Below, piece by piece: positions 44,269-55,785 of a stretch of 64,000 nucleotides of DNA (position 1 is its first letter; each line of letters opens with the position of its first letter). The position numbers and the translations under genes are program-made. The stretch spans positions 22,247 to 86,246 of the forward strand of contig CAYJPQ010000004.1 in assembly GCA_964372085.1 (NCBI GenBank). Direction: 5' to 3'. Below the pieces are notes generated by a model. That model was not told the DNA's origin. It worked only from the letters and a program-made list of their open reading frames with translations, and did no database searches. Origin of the DNA: an uncultured Bifidobacteriaceae bacterium. GTDB taxonomy: Bacteria > Acidobacteriota > Vicinamibacteria > Vicinamibacterales > UBA2999.

Positions 44269-45077
44269 ACGCCCCCGATCTTCGACGAGTCGCTCGCCGC
44301 ATTTTCCCTGTGCTCTAGCCACGCAACGCTCAGATTGATCGCCTCTACCGAAGCCGCCGCTACCAAGCCGCAGCGAGTGAAAGGCCCCTGATAGGAGAAC
44401 CGTCGTCCCAAGCTGTCAACCAATATGCCACCGGCCTCGGACAGCACGAGTTCGGCTGGTGCGACGTCCCAATCTCTAACGACGACGTCCTTCACCAAGA
44501 GGTCTGCACGGCCCTGGGCCACCCTGCAGATCTTCAAGCCGATGCTACCCGATTCGAGATAGTTCGGAATATCGAACACGCGCATGAGTTCGGCCGCGAT
44601 GGCGCGCGGCTCCGGGTAGTTGTCGGTCAGGGTGCCCTCGTTGAGGGGACGTGACACAACACGCAAGGGCCGGCCGTTGCAGGTGGCTCCTCCGTTCTCC
44701 TGGGCGAGAAACAGCTCGTCGCTCGCTGGCGCGTAAACGGCCGCCAACACAGGACGGTGCTCTCGCATGAGAGCAGCTTGAGTGACGAACCCATCAAACC
44801 CGTGGGCAAAGCTCGCGGTGCCGTCGATAGGGTCGATCAGCCAATAGGTGTCAGGCCGTTGGTCGGTGAAGCTGCTTGGGTCTTCCTCACTAATGACCGG
44901 AATGGCAGGGGACATGGCCTTGAGTTGCCTTTCGAGCGTCGCATGCGCGGTGCGATCGGCATCGGCTTTGAACTGATAGCCAGGCTCCCAGCGCCCCTTT
45001 ACCGAGCCAGACGCCCTCAAGGCTAAGAGTTCTTCGCCGACGACCGTGACCGCCCTGGAAAGTCCGTCGATCATCAC
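44265..45077 (-). CDS. Inositol monophosphatase/CysQ-family phosphatase
   Basis: Metal-binding motifs are ISEED, WLIDPIDGT and RDWDVAP. Confidence 0.8.
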   Translation of the reverse strand: MMIDGLSRAVTVVGEELLALRASGSVKGRWEPGYQFKADADRTAHATLERQLKAMSPAIPVISEEDPSSFTDQRPDTYWLIDPIDGTASFAHGFDGFVTQAALMREHRPVLAAVYAPASDELFLAQENGGATCNGRPLRVVSRPLNEGTLTDNYPEPRAIAAELMRVFDIPNYLESGSIGLKICRVAQGRADLLVKDVVVRDWDVAPAELVLSEAGGILVDSLGRRFSYQGPFTRCGLVAAASVEAINLSVAWLEHRENAASDSSKIGGV

Positions 45078-45114
45078 GAAAAACCGCGCCTTGGTGGGCC
45101 GACAAGAGAGGTCA

Positions 45115-46278
45115 CTACCCGCGTCCCATGTCGTCGATGCTCGAGAATGTCGTCCCGGTGATTCCGATGTCGGTCAGGTACTTGACGATCGGTGTGAAGT
45201 AGTGTGGCCTGCAAATCACGAGATAGTCGACGGGATTCGATTTCAGCGCTTCAGGAGATTCGATCGCAGGGAGCCCCGTCAGCCACGCCCTTCCGTGTTT
45301 GTAGGAATCGCCATCGAAATAGCGGATGCGGCTGGCATCGAGCGAAAGACTGTACTCATACCCTCCCGCATAAAGGCCCACGCTCTTCCCAGAGTCGGTC
45401 AGTCGCCGTAGGGCCGCGACAACCCTTCCGGTCTTGGCCATAAGCGTCTGCGCGTGACGTCGCAACGCTTCCTCCTCCTCTGCCACCGACTCGGTCGGCC
45501 ATCGCGGCTGCACCGACGCGCTGTAATGACCCCACAGCATCACCTCGTTGCCCGCCGGCGTCGCCAGGAAGTCCGCCGAGACAAATCCCTGAGCCTCAAA
45601 TAGGCGAAGCGCATTCGAAGGCGTAAAGTAGTTCACATGCTCGTGCGCGAGGTGTGCAGGGTTGCCCGCTTCGAACAGCGGCGCAGAATTTGGGACGGAG
45701 TGAAAGAATAGTCCCCCTTCATTCAGGCATTCCCGGCTCGCTTCAAATACTTCGTCGAGTTCGACAATGTGTTCAAGACATCCATATGAATAGATCGCGT
45801 CGAACTTCTCCCGAAGCGATCCCGGCTTGAACAGGTGATTGAGAACGCGAATGCCGTATTTCTGCTGGGCGACTCGCGCCTGAGGCCCAATCTCCAGACC
45901 AGTGACATCGGCTCCCCTCTTCTTCAGTTCATTCAAGAACTCGCCGTTCCCGCTGCCGAGCTCGAGGAACCTCCGGCCTTTGATGTCGCCATCGAACAGC
46001 GCGAGTAGCTTGTCCAATGTCTGGTTGAGACGTCCACGGGCAAGCACGCTTTCGCCCAATGGCGTTGACGGCATGCTGCCAATTGCGTACACCCTGTCCA
46101 AGGCCCGCTGAACGTCATCGGTGAGCTTGAGTCGTGGAACCGCGTAGCGCGGATGGACACCCAGGCAGAACGGCAAAGTGCGTGGCAGGTCATTCGAGGA
46201 TTTCAGATCGACGAGGCCCCAGAAGAACGGGTGGTGGTCGATAGTCAGGAGCGAGACAAAGTCATCCATCAAATTCAC
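45115..46278 (-). CDS. SAM methyltransferase with C-terminal C-methyltransferase-type domain (TylC3-like architecture)
   Basis: Motif I is FLELGSGNGEF. The C-terminal ..VGLYAGGYEY..GDSYKHGRAWLTGLPAIESPEAL..DYLVICRPHYF resembles the Methyltransf_14-type domain. It has a GTGA overlap. Confidence 0.65.
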   Translation of the reverse strand: MNLMDDFVSLLTIDHHPFFWGLVDLKSSNDLPRTLPFCLGVHPRYAVPRLKLTDDVQRALDRVYAIGSMPSTPLGESVLARGRLNQTLDKLLALFDGDIKGRRFLELGSGNGEFLNELKKRGADVTGLEIGPQARVAQQKYGIRVLNHLFKPGSLREKFDAIYSYGCLEHIVELDEVFEASRECLNEGGLFFHSVPNSAPLFEAGNPAHLAHEHVNYFTPSNALRLFEAQGFVSADFLATPAGNEVMLWGHYSASVQPRWPTESVAEEEEALRRHAQTLMAKTGRVVAALRRLTDSGKSVGLYAGGYEYSLSLDASRIRYFDGDSYKHGRAWLTGLPAIESPEALKSNPVDYLVICRPHYFTPIVKYLTDIGITGTTFSSIDDMGRG

Positions 46279-47288
46279 CTCGACTTTTGGACAGCCCGTC
46301 GACGCGTCGCAAAGTCATTAAACGTCAGGAACGCATCGACGGTACGCCGGACCAAGGTCACATCTTCGCGCCAGGTCCACACTTCAGATGCGCTGCTGAC
46401 TCCAATCGCCAGATCAACCAGACGCCCCAGTTCATCAACGCCCGCCGCCTGCGTAAGCGTCGTGGTCGTCGAGAAACGCGGATTGATTTCAAACGGCAGC
46501 GGCCTGCCGTCACGGATGTCGACCCTCAATTGCACGTTGAAAGGGCCATCAGCACGAAGCTCGTCTTGTATGGCCCGACAGAGGCCATCGATTTGGGGCT
46601 GGCGGCGGGTCACGGCAATCCGTGTGATGCCCCGCTTGTCGATAATCTCTTTGGGCACCACCGCCCGCACCACGCCGTCGCGCCACGCCACCACAGACAC
46701 CGTGAACTCGGTGCCCTCCACGTAACGCTGCAATAACATTGCATCGACATCCGGCCTGTTAGTTGAAATGTAAGCATCCAGTTCTGCCGGTGTGGCGATC
46801 ACTCTCACCCCACGGCTACCGCGCCCCACGCGGGGCTTGAGAATCAGCGGAAATGGCATCCCGTCGTGGCGGTCCCTCAAGAGCCAACTCTCGGGAACGT
46901 CGATTCCCACCTCTTTCAGGCGCTTCATGAGCGCGTACTTGTCGAGGCACAAGGCCGTGAATGATGACCTCGGCGCGACGACTGGAATGTGCAACTGGTC
47001 AGCCAGGCTGGCAACTGGAAGCAGTTCTTCATCTACCAGCGGCACGAGGACCGCCACGCCTTCGAGCCGGCAAATATGCGCGAGGGCGTCGGGAAAAGCC
47101 ACGGCACTGGCAAACGGAATGCGATACCCGGCATCCGCTAGATACAAGCCTGCCGCATTGGCGTCAGCGTCAACGGCAACAACTCGATAGCGCCGTGCCC
47201 GGAGCCCCTCAATGAGACTCGGCACAGCCGCACCGCCCGCTCCGGTAACCAACACGACCGGCGCCTTATCAGAGACATGCGACGTCAT
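46275..47288 (-). CDS. ATP-grasp family ligase
   Basis: Contains VLVTGAGGAAVPSLI.., ..PLILKPRVGRGSRGV.., ..EFTVSV.. and ..PFEINPRFS. It has an ATGA overlap. Confidence 0.8.
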   Translation of the reverse strand: MTSHVSDKAPVVLVTGAGGAAVPSLIEGLRARRYRVVAVDADANAAGLYLADAGYRIPFASAVAFPDALAHICRLEGVAVLVPLVDEELLPVASLADQLHIPVVAPRSSFTALCLDKYALMKRLKEVGIDVPESWLLRDRHDGMPFPLILKPRVGRGSRGVRVIATPAELDAYISTNRPDVDAMLLQRYVEGTEFTVSVVAWRDGVVRAVVPKEIIDKRGITRIAVTRRQPQIDGLCRAIQDELRADGPFNVQLRVDIRDGRPLPFEINPRFSTTTTLTQAAGVDELGRLVDLAIGVSSASEVWTWREDVTLVRRTVDAFLTFNDFATRRRAVQKSR

Positions 47289-48832
47289 CCAGCCGCCTTC
47301 ACTGACCCTGGATAGCTGCTGTGAAATGACAAACCAGCATCTGGCGCCTGGGCCTGCGTGAATCCCAAGCGCACAAAGACCGCGCGCGAGGCATGATTCC
47401 CTTCTTTCACGTCGGCCCGAAACCGAAGCAGCCCTCTGTCCGTCATGAGCCTCGTACCCATTTGGACGAGGCGTGTTCCCCAGCCTCGTCCACGCACGAT
47501 CGCATCTACGGAATAGTCAATTCGCGCTTCGTCACGGTCGATGTCAAAGCGGATCTGGCCTACCGGCAAGCCGTCGGCCTCGAGCACGAAAAGGAATGCC
47601 GCCGGGTCGCAGAGCTTCTCCGCGAACCACCGGGTATGAGTGGACCACTCGATCGGCCCGGAATGATTGGCGTTCCGGCGCACCTCTCGGTCATTCGCCC
47701 AGTTGAAGTAAGAGATGACGTCGCCCGAGCCGGCGCGCCGAAGCCGAATATGACCTGCGTTGGTCGGCAAGAGCGTTTCGACAACCCGTGGGAGACCCAG
47801 GCCATCGACGACTATCTCATTCGTGGCACTTGTATCTGTGAGCCAGCCTTCGCTATTGGTGAGCTCCCGCAATGCCCGAGACAGCGAATTAGCGTCGCTC
47901 ATGTGACCAACGTACTTGATTAGGCCAGCGGTTGCGAGCGCTTCTGACACGGGTCTCTGGTTGTCCGCAATGCTGATCGCCACGGTCGGCAACCCAAGGC
48001 ACATCCTCTCCCAGGTGGTTGTCCCGACGGCGCCGATGGCCAGATCAGCCTGCATCATGAAATCCGCAAGATGTTCGCGAGGGCCGTGGACCGTGGTAAG
48101 CGGCCGACCCGATGCCTGCTCTTCAATTGCCTTCCGGTTCGGGTGGTTGGCCCCAACCACGACATCGCATTCCCATCGGCTAAACTCGGGGGCGGAGAGC
48201 ACGCCGAGCGCCAGCGATGTCATGTTCGCTGGATCGGACCCTCCAAAGAACACCAGCACGCGTCGAATGCGTCCGTCTCGCTGACGGCGCAACCGACGGC
48301 GCGCCAGATATTCCTCCCTCAACAACGCGTAGCGCGGGCCGCTCAGCAACATGCACGCGGGGCCCACGAGCCGTGCAGACCGCTCGCCGCCGTCCGTGGA
48401 ATAGTTTTGGTTGAGCAATACGTCACAGTCGTGTCTTCGGTCGGTCCTGTCGTCGATCACCATGAGCTTGACGACGTGTGAGCGCACCCGCTCTTCCCAC
48501 TCTGCGTCAAGACCGTAATGATCAACGACGAGCCAATCTGGCTTTGCCTCCGTCAATGCTGCAATGGTCTCTGCCGCGTCTCTCTCCTGCGATACTCCGA
48601 GCCAAGCAGCATAGTCTTCGCCACTCGCGGTCTCCCTTCGTGAAGGTGCTGGAAGAAACGTCGTGCGCACGTTACGCTCCTTCAAGAGAGCACCGAGATG
48701 TCCGTGGTGCTCTCGACAGATGAATCGCGTTTCCGCACCGCGCTTACGCAGGCCGTCGGCGAGCGTCAAACAGCGTGCAACATGGCCTGTCCCCATGCCA
48801 GTGGACGCGTCCGCGCGAAACACCACCTTCAT
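47285..48832 (-). CDS. pseG: Bifunctional PseG (UDP-2,4-diacetamido-2,4,6-trideoxy-beta-L-altropyranose hydrolase) / PseH-like GNAT N-acetyltransferase
   Basis: The N-terminus is MKVVFRADASTGMGTGHVARCLTLA. The C-terminal ~160 aa are GNAT (..NWANDREVRR..HTRWF..VGQIRFD..RGRGWG). I set the start at ATG 48832 (ATGA overlap). The 74 extra codons in the track ORF look non-coding. Confidence 0.85.
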   Translation of the reverse strand: MKVVFRADASTGMGTGHVARCLTLADGLRKRGAETRFICREHHGHLGALLKERNVRTTFLPAPSRRETASGEDYAAWLGVSQERDAAETIAALTEAKPDWLVVDHYGLDAEWEERVRSHVVKLMVIDDRTDRRHDCDVLLNQNYSTDGGERSARLVGPACMLLSGPRYALLREEYLARRRLRRQRDGRIRRVLVFFGGSDPANMTSLALGVLSAPEFSRWECDVVVGANHPNRKAIEEQASGRPLTTVHGPREHLADFMMQADLAIGAVGTTTWERMCLGLPTVAISIADNQRPVSEALATAGLIKYVGHMSDANSLSRALRELTNSEGWLTDTSATNEIVVDGLGLPRVVETLLPTNAGHIRLRRAGSGDVISYFNWANDREVRRNANHSGPIEWSTHTRWFAEKLCDPAAFLFVLEADGLPVGQIRFDIDRDEARIDYSVDAIVRGRGWGTRLVQMGTRLMTDRGLLRFRADVKEGNHASRAVFVRLGFTQAQAPDAGLSFHSSYPGSVKAAG

Positions 48833-49512
48833 TCGAGCCGCCGGCCCAGCATGAACGCCTCGGCGGCGTGGGCACCAACCGTTGCACCGCGCCATCGCGC
48901 CAGATGTTCGACGGCTTGGCGACAACGCGGATGTGGCCATCCGCGCAATTCGGCGGCGTAGGCATCCAGCGCCGAGAGCTTGAGTTCCAGCGTTCCAGAG
49001 ATGTCGACGAACCAGTTCGGCACGAACGCCGGGGCGGATCCAGGCAACTGCCATTCAGTACTCGAGGCGACCTCGAAGGCAAGAATCGTTCTTACCACGT
49101 GGCCGGACTGGGGGCGGCAGGCCGTCGCCACGGCCTCGTGTGTGCGTCGGTGATCGATGTTCAAATCTCCAGCGTGATGCGTGAGGATCATCTGGGGTCG
49201 ATGCTGAGCGACAAGCGCCTCGACGGCTTGCGCAATGGACAGGAGTGCAACCGTGTCCATGCGATTGTCCGGCAAATCGCCAAAAGATACCGACGTCACT
49301 CCGAGCGTAGCGCTCGCTTTCCTCGCCGCGGCACGGCGCGACGCGAGTTCACTCTGCTGTGCGTCGGAGTCGCCAGGACGCGAGAACACGCCGTCCGCCA
49401 AGAACGCGACGTGAACGACACTCCCGCGTTTCGCGAGTGTCGCAATCGTGCCGCCACAGCCGAGGACCTCGTCATCAGGATGGGCCGCCACGATAAGCAC
49501 GGAACCGTTCAT
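48829..49512 (-). CDS. PIG-L/LmbE-family de-N-acetylase
   Basis: Contains VLIVAAHPDDEVLGCGGTIA and ..HHAGDLNIDH.. It has an ATGA overlap. Confidence 0.85.
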   Translation of the reverse strand: MNGSVLIVAAHPDDEVLGCGGTIATLAKRGSVVHVAFLADGVFSRPGDSDAQQSELASRRAAARKASATLGVTSVSFGDLPDNRMDTVALLSIAQAVEALVAQHRPQMILTHHAGDLNIDHRRTHEAVATACRPQSGHVVRTILAFEVASSTEWQLPGSAPAFVPNWFVDISGTLELKLSALDAYAAELRGWPHPRCRQAVEHLARWRGATVGAHAAEAFMLGRRLE

Positions 49513-50206
49513 TCAGTCACCGCGTTGGCAAACATGGCTCGATACATCAGCTCGGCCCTCAACCAGTCCTCTGGCGTATCGATGTCCTGCACCCGCCACC
49601 GAGGAATCGTCAGCGGAAACGACTGCCTTCCAAAAATCGGCCGACCGTCGAGCCACGCACTTGGGCGTCCCCAATAGAACTGCCCTGCGTCATGCAAGGC
49701 CACCGGCAGGTCCTGCGACCGAGTCCGAAAATGTTCCGGAAAGAACATCTCCACGCCGCCTTCTGGGCATTCACGGAACGCTCTGAAAATAGGCGCAGCA
49801 AAATGGGCGACCGAGAACGCGTAAGCCCATTCTCCAGAAACGAGCGCGGCGAGCGCCGTCTTCAGGTCGTCGACATTCACAAATGGGGCGGTCGCGCTGA
49901 TGCAACAAACGGCCGACACGGACCACTCTTGCGCCAACGCCCATTCGACCGCGTGTGCCACAACGAGAGGGACCACCGCATGGTCGTCGGAGAGTTCAGC
50001 CGGGCGCATGAAAGGCACTTCGCCTCCCCACTGTCTGGCGACTGCAGCGACCTCGAAGTCGTCGGTCGAGACAATGACGTGGTCGAATAGCTCAGCCGCT
50101 CGAGCCACTTCAATCGACCAAGCCACCATCGGCTTGCCGCAAAATTCTCGGATGTTCTTTCTGGGAATCCGCTTGCTTCCACCACGGGCTGGAATCACGG
50201 CGATGT

Positions 50207-50210
<4 letters not shown>
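49509..50210 (-). CDS. pseF: Pseudaminic acid cytidylyltransferase (CMP-NulO synthetase family)
   Basis: Starts NIAVIPARGGSKRIPRKNI.. and is 233 aa. It has a GTGA overlap and lies between the PIG-L gene and pseC. Confidence 0.85.
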
Positions 50211-52359
<2,149 letters not shown>

Positions 52360-54261
52360 TCATCCTCTTCCGTGATCTCGCTCGACAGATGAGCCTCCGC
52401 CCAGACCCTGTACGCTCTCGCGACTCCACGAGGCTAGCTCGTCTTTCCATTGCCCGAGCCAATCATCGCTGGTGCGTGCCAAGTGGTGGCAGAAGTCCTT
52501 CCGTGCGCGCTGGACGTTGGGGGCGGTCCACCATGCGGCTGGATTCTTGTACACGGCATTGACCTGATCCGCCGCTGATTCAGGTGAATAGTGGAGTATT
52601 CCAGCAGCGCGGAGGACTTCAAAGCAAGGCCGCTGCGATTCCCTGGTCGCACAATCATCGGGGTTCCAAAACACGACCGACGGGAAGTTAGCGGCCAATG
52701 CCTCCAAATATGTAGTCCCGTTCGTTGTGTGAACAGCCATACGGCACTTCTTGAGTTGGACCAGAAAGTCGGATTCCTGGCCGAGCTGTTTCTTGCGACC
52801 GCGCTGTACTTTGAGACCGGGGTTTGATTCCTCCCATCGCTCTCGCTCCTCCCACAAATCGTTGAAGTATCGCCACAGAAGCAGATCGCGCGATGCGGCA
52901 CACAACTCCCGCAGGAAGCGCGCCTGCTCGTTCATGTAACGAACCATGTTGGGCCCAGCCGTGTCGCTCTCTGCAAACATCCTGTAGCGGGCCATGGTGG
53001 TCGCAATCCACATAATGCTACCTGCCGAATTGGCAGACGTCAGCGCCAACGCCGCAGTCCTCAGCCGAAATGAAGGCATCGGCTTGGCGTTTGCCGCACC
53101 GTCCATCGACGATCCCCAACTGTAGTAGCGATCAGAAATCCGCAAGAAGTGCTTCTCGATACTGGAATACCGGGCCGTGCCGTAGTAGCCGCCGTGTTGG
53201 CTGAATAGCAGCTTCGTCCCACTGCGCTCGCTGTGATGAGCCGCCCAGAACTCGAAACACAACCGGTGGTTCATTGACGATGCGGTTAGCACCACTTTAG
53301 GGAAGCTCGGCGAGACAGCGATCGCCCGTTCGTGTGCGTATTTGTAGTGCTCGACATAGGCCATGGGGATCTGCTCTGGCAGCAGTTCATCAAGCAGACG
53401 CTCAAAACGATCGATGCCAGCATCGAACGCCAGCCCACTCCTCATCGACCAATCGGGAGCAACGGGCTCAAACTCAATCTTTTCTCCATGATAGAGAAAG
53501 GGCACCTGGCGCAGAGAGCATTGGAGCTTGATCAGATCCCAAATGGGCAGGTACATACTGCCGACGAAGACGACCTTAGTTGGAGCGTTGCGCAGTAGAC
53601 GGGGATAGATTTGCACGATCGCCGTAGCCAGCCCTTGACTGACAACGGTCCCAAGCCCTTTCCTCGAATGGCGCAGGATTTCCCCGCGAACTTTCGAAAC
53701 GAACGACTTCCTCTTGGTGCCCTCAGCGACACCCGCACGGGGGCGATGGCTGAAATCCTTCTCCTCGTAAGGGATTGTGCCAAGGCTCTTGATGATTCGG
53801 CTGTACAAATAGAGGTTGTAGTCGTCGAAAGAAAAGGACGGTATGTTCTCAGGTGCCCACGGCGTCGTCGAGCATATCCACGTTTTGGTGACTTGTCCGC
53901 CTGCCTCGGCGGAGAGAATCGACAGGTAACGATCGTACAGGGCGTCAACGAAGGCCCGCAGCCAGATGCCGATTAAAATCCGCCAATACCTGCAGGAGTA
54001 GTTGACTCCGTGAATAGCATTGAGCCGCTCGGTGAAGAGCAAAAGGTACTTTTCGTAGATTGCGTCGAGGCGTTGCCAATCGGTGGCAAATTTCTCCCGA
54101 TCATCCCAATGATAGGGCAGCACCTCGTGCTTGATGCTTGACCATACTTCGCGGTCTTTGAAGAGCTTGCACCATTCCCCCAGAAACAGGATCTCTTCGT
54201 CCACCTTCCAAAATCGGCGATCCGCTGTCGTGATCAAGAACATAGGTTGACTTGAGAGCAC
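52360..54261 (-). CDS. LIC12162-family putative (nonulosonic acid) transferase
   Basis: The N-terminal MFLITTADRRFWKVDEEILFLGEWCKLF matches my recollection of the LIC12162-type family found next to NulO genes in O-antigen regions. It is A/T-richer than its neighbours. I recognised no other family. Confidence 0.5.
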   Translation of the reverse strand: MLSSQPMFLITTADRRFWKVDEEILFLGEWCKLFKDREVWSSIKHEVLPYHWDDREKFATDWQRLDAIYEKYLLLFTERLNAIHGVNYSCRYWRILIGIWLRAFVDALYDRYLSILSAEAGGQVTKTWICSTTPWAPENIPSFSFDDYNLYLYSRIIKSLGTIPYEEKDFSHRPRAGVAEGTKRKSFVSKVRGEILRHSRKGLGTVVSQGLATAIVQIYPRLLRNAPTKVVFVGSMYLPIWDLIKLQCSLRQVPFLYHGEKIEFEPVAPDWSMRSGLAFDAGIDRFERLLDELLPEQIPMAYVEHYKYAHERAIAVSPSFPKVVLTASSMNHRLCFEFWAAHHSERSGTKLLFSQHGGYYGTARYSSIEKHFLRISDRYYSWGSSMDGAANAKPMPSFRLRTAALALTSANSAGSIMWIATTMARYRMFAESDTAGPNMVRYMNEQARFLRELCAASRDLLLWRYFNDLWEERERWEESNPGLKVQRGRKKQLGQESDFLVQLKKCRMAVHTTNGTTYLEALAANFPSVVFWNPDDCATRESQRPCFEVLRAAGILHYSPESAADQVNAVYKNPAAWWTAPNVQRARKDFCHHLARTSDDWLGQWKDELASWSRESVQGLGGGSSVERDHGRG

Positions 54262-54276
54262 CGGCCATTTGCCGAT

Positions 54277-55080
54277 CTACCAGACGCCCCACCCTCCGTC
54301 CACAGCCAGGTTCTGGCCTGTCACATAGTGGGAGAGACCGCTGGCGAGGTAGGCGATGGCACCGCGAAAGTCATCTTCCGTTGCCATGCGGCCGAGAGGG
54401 GTCCTGGACTCATATCGCCGGACGAACACGTCGGGTTGATTCCTGAACACGCCACCGGGAGAGATAGCATTCACGCGCACTTGCGGAGCCAGTGTCGTTG
54501 CCATCCAGCGGGTCAGCTGGACCAAGCCACCCTTTGATGCGGCATAGGCTGCGGGATTGCCCATCGTCGTGTCGTCGTAAAGCCTGTGGTCGGGCCCCCA
54601 GGACGCATAAATCGACGCGATGTTAATGATGCTCCCACCGTCGCTCCGCCGGAGTAGTGGAGCCAATCCCTTGGACAGGTCGAAGGCCGCCGTGAGGTTG
54701 ACCTCAAGAGCCCGGCGCCAGCTGTCAACCGTCTGGTGTTCGAAGTCCGCGACCCAGCCATCCAAGTTCTCTGTTCCAACAAACGCCGCATTGTTGATCA
54801 GGATGTCGAGTCCCCCCGGGAGTTCACGGACCGATACCAGCAGCCGGTCGCGTTCAGTCTGTGACTCGAGGTCACAATCGAAAGTGTGGACTGTCGTCCC
54901 CCATTCCTCGTGAGCCTGCAGCACCAGAGACCGTTGGTCAGACCCCGGCCGATCGACCAGGACCAGTTCGGCCCCCAATTCCGCAAGGGCAAGCGCAATG
55001 ACCCTGCCAATATGCCCCGCAGCACCCGTGACCAGGGCTCGCCTGCCGGTGAGGTCCATTAGTTCTGCCAGGGTTGTCAT
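54277..55080 (-). CDS. Short-chain dehydrogenase/reductase (SDR)
   Basis: Contains TGAAGHIG, NNAA and YAASKGG. Starting at ATG 55080 gives an ATGA overlap. Confidence 0.88.
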   Translation of the reverse strand: MTTLAELMDLTGRRALVTGAAGHIGRVIALALAELGAELVLVDRPGSDQRSLVLQAHEEWGTTVHTFDCDLESQTERDRLLVSVRELPGGLDILINNAAFVGTENLDGWVADFEHQTVDSWRRALEVNLTAAFDLSKGLAPLLRRSDGGSIINIASIYASWGPDHRLYDDTTMGNPAAYAASKGGLVQLTRWMATTLAPQVRVNAISPGGVFRNQPDVFVRRYESRTPLGRMATEDDFRGAIAYLASGLSHYVTGQNLAVDGGWGVW

Positions 55081-55781
55081 GAACGACCCTTGTGTCCTTC
55101 CATGAGACACTCCGCAACAAGGAAGTCGAGCGGTGTGTCGATGTCAATCGCACGCTCGACAGGAACCCGCACAGGGCGAACTCTTCCGTCGAATAGGCCG
55201 TCTCGAGCCATCAAGAAGTCAGGCCGGACGACGTAAGCAACCGTTGACATGTCGAACACTTCAGGGGTGTCTTGCCGCCGGGCGATCGAATGGCTTGGAG
55301 GTATGACCAACTCCACCGTTCCGTTCGCGTTGGCCTTGACCATATTGAAGTACGGGCTGCGGTGAGCCTCAGTCACCGTGATAATCACATCCGCGTCGCC
55401 TTTCTCGTATTCGTCCAAGCACCGTTCAAGATCGGCGACCGCTCGCAGGGGAGCCGTGGCAGGCACGACAATCAGGACATCGGGTCCGGCACCATCGCTG
55501 TCTCTAAGATGCGCCATGGCGTGGCGCCACACCATCCACTCTGGGCTGTCGTCCTGGGCCAGTTCCACCGGTCGCGAGAACGGCACCTCCGCGCCGGCGG
55601 CCAAGGCAATGTCGGCTATCGCGGCGGAGTCGGTGGAAACGATGACTCGGCTAATCCGTTTGACGGCCTTGGCGTGCTCGATGGACCAGACAACCAATGG
55701 CCGACCACCCAACGGGCGGATGTTCTTGCCAGGGACCCCTTTCGAACCGCCCCTGGCGCAAATCAATGCAACGACGGTCAT
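55077..55781 (-). CDS. Acylneuraminate/legionaminate-type cytidylyltransferase (CMP-NulO synthetase)
   Basis: Starts MTVVALICARGGSKGVPGKNI... I set the start at ATG 55781. The 97 upstream codons of the track ORF overlap the preceding gene and look like junk. Confidence 0.85.
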   Translation of the reverse strand: MTVVALICARGGSKGVPGKNIRPLGGRPLVVWSIEHAKAVKRISRVIVSTDSAAIADIALAAGAEVPFSRPVELAQDDSPEWMVWRHAMAHLRDSDGAGPDVLIVVPATAPLRAVADLERCLDEYEKGDADVIITVTEAHRSPYFNMVKANANGTVELVIPPSHSIARRQDTPEVFDMSTVAYVVRPDFLMARDGLFDGRVRPVRVPVERAIDIDTPLDFLVAECLMEGHKGRS

Positions 55782-55785
55782 GAAG

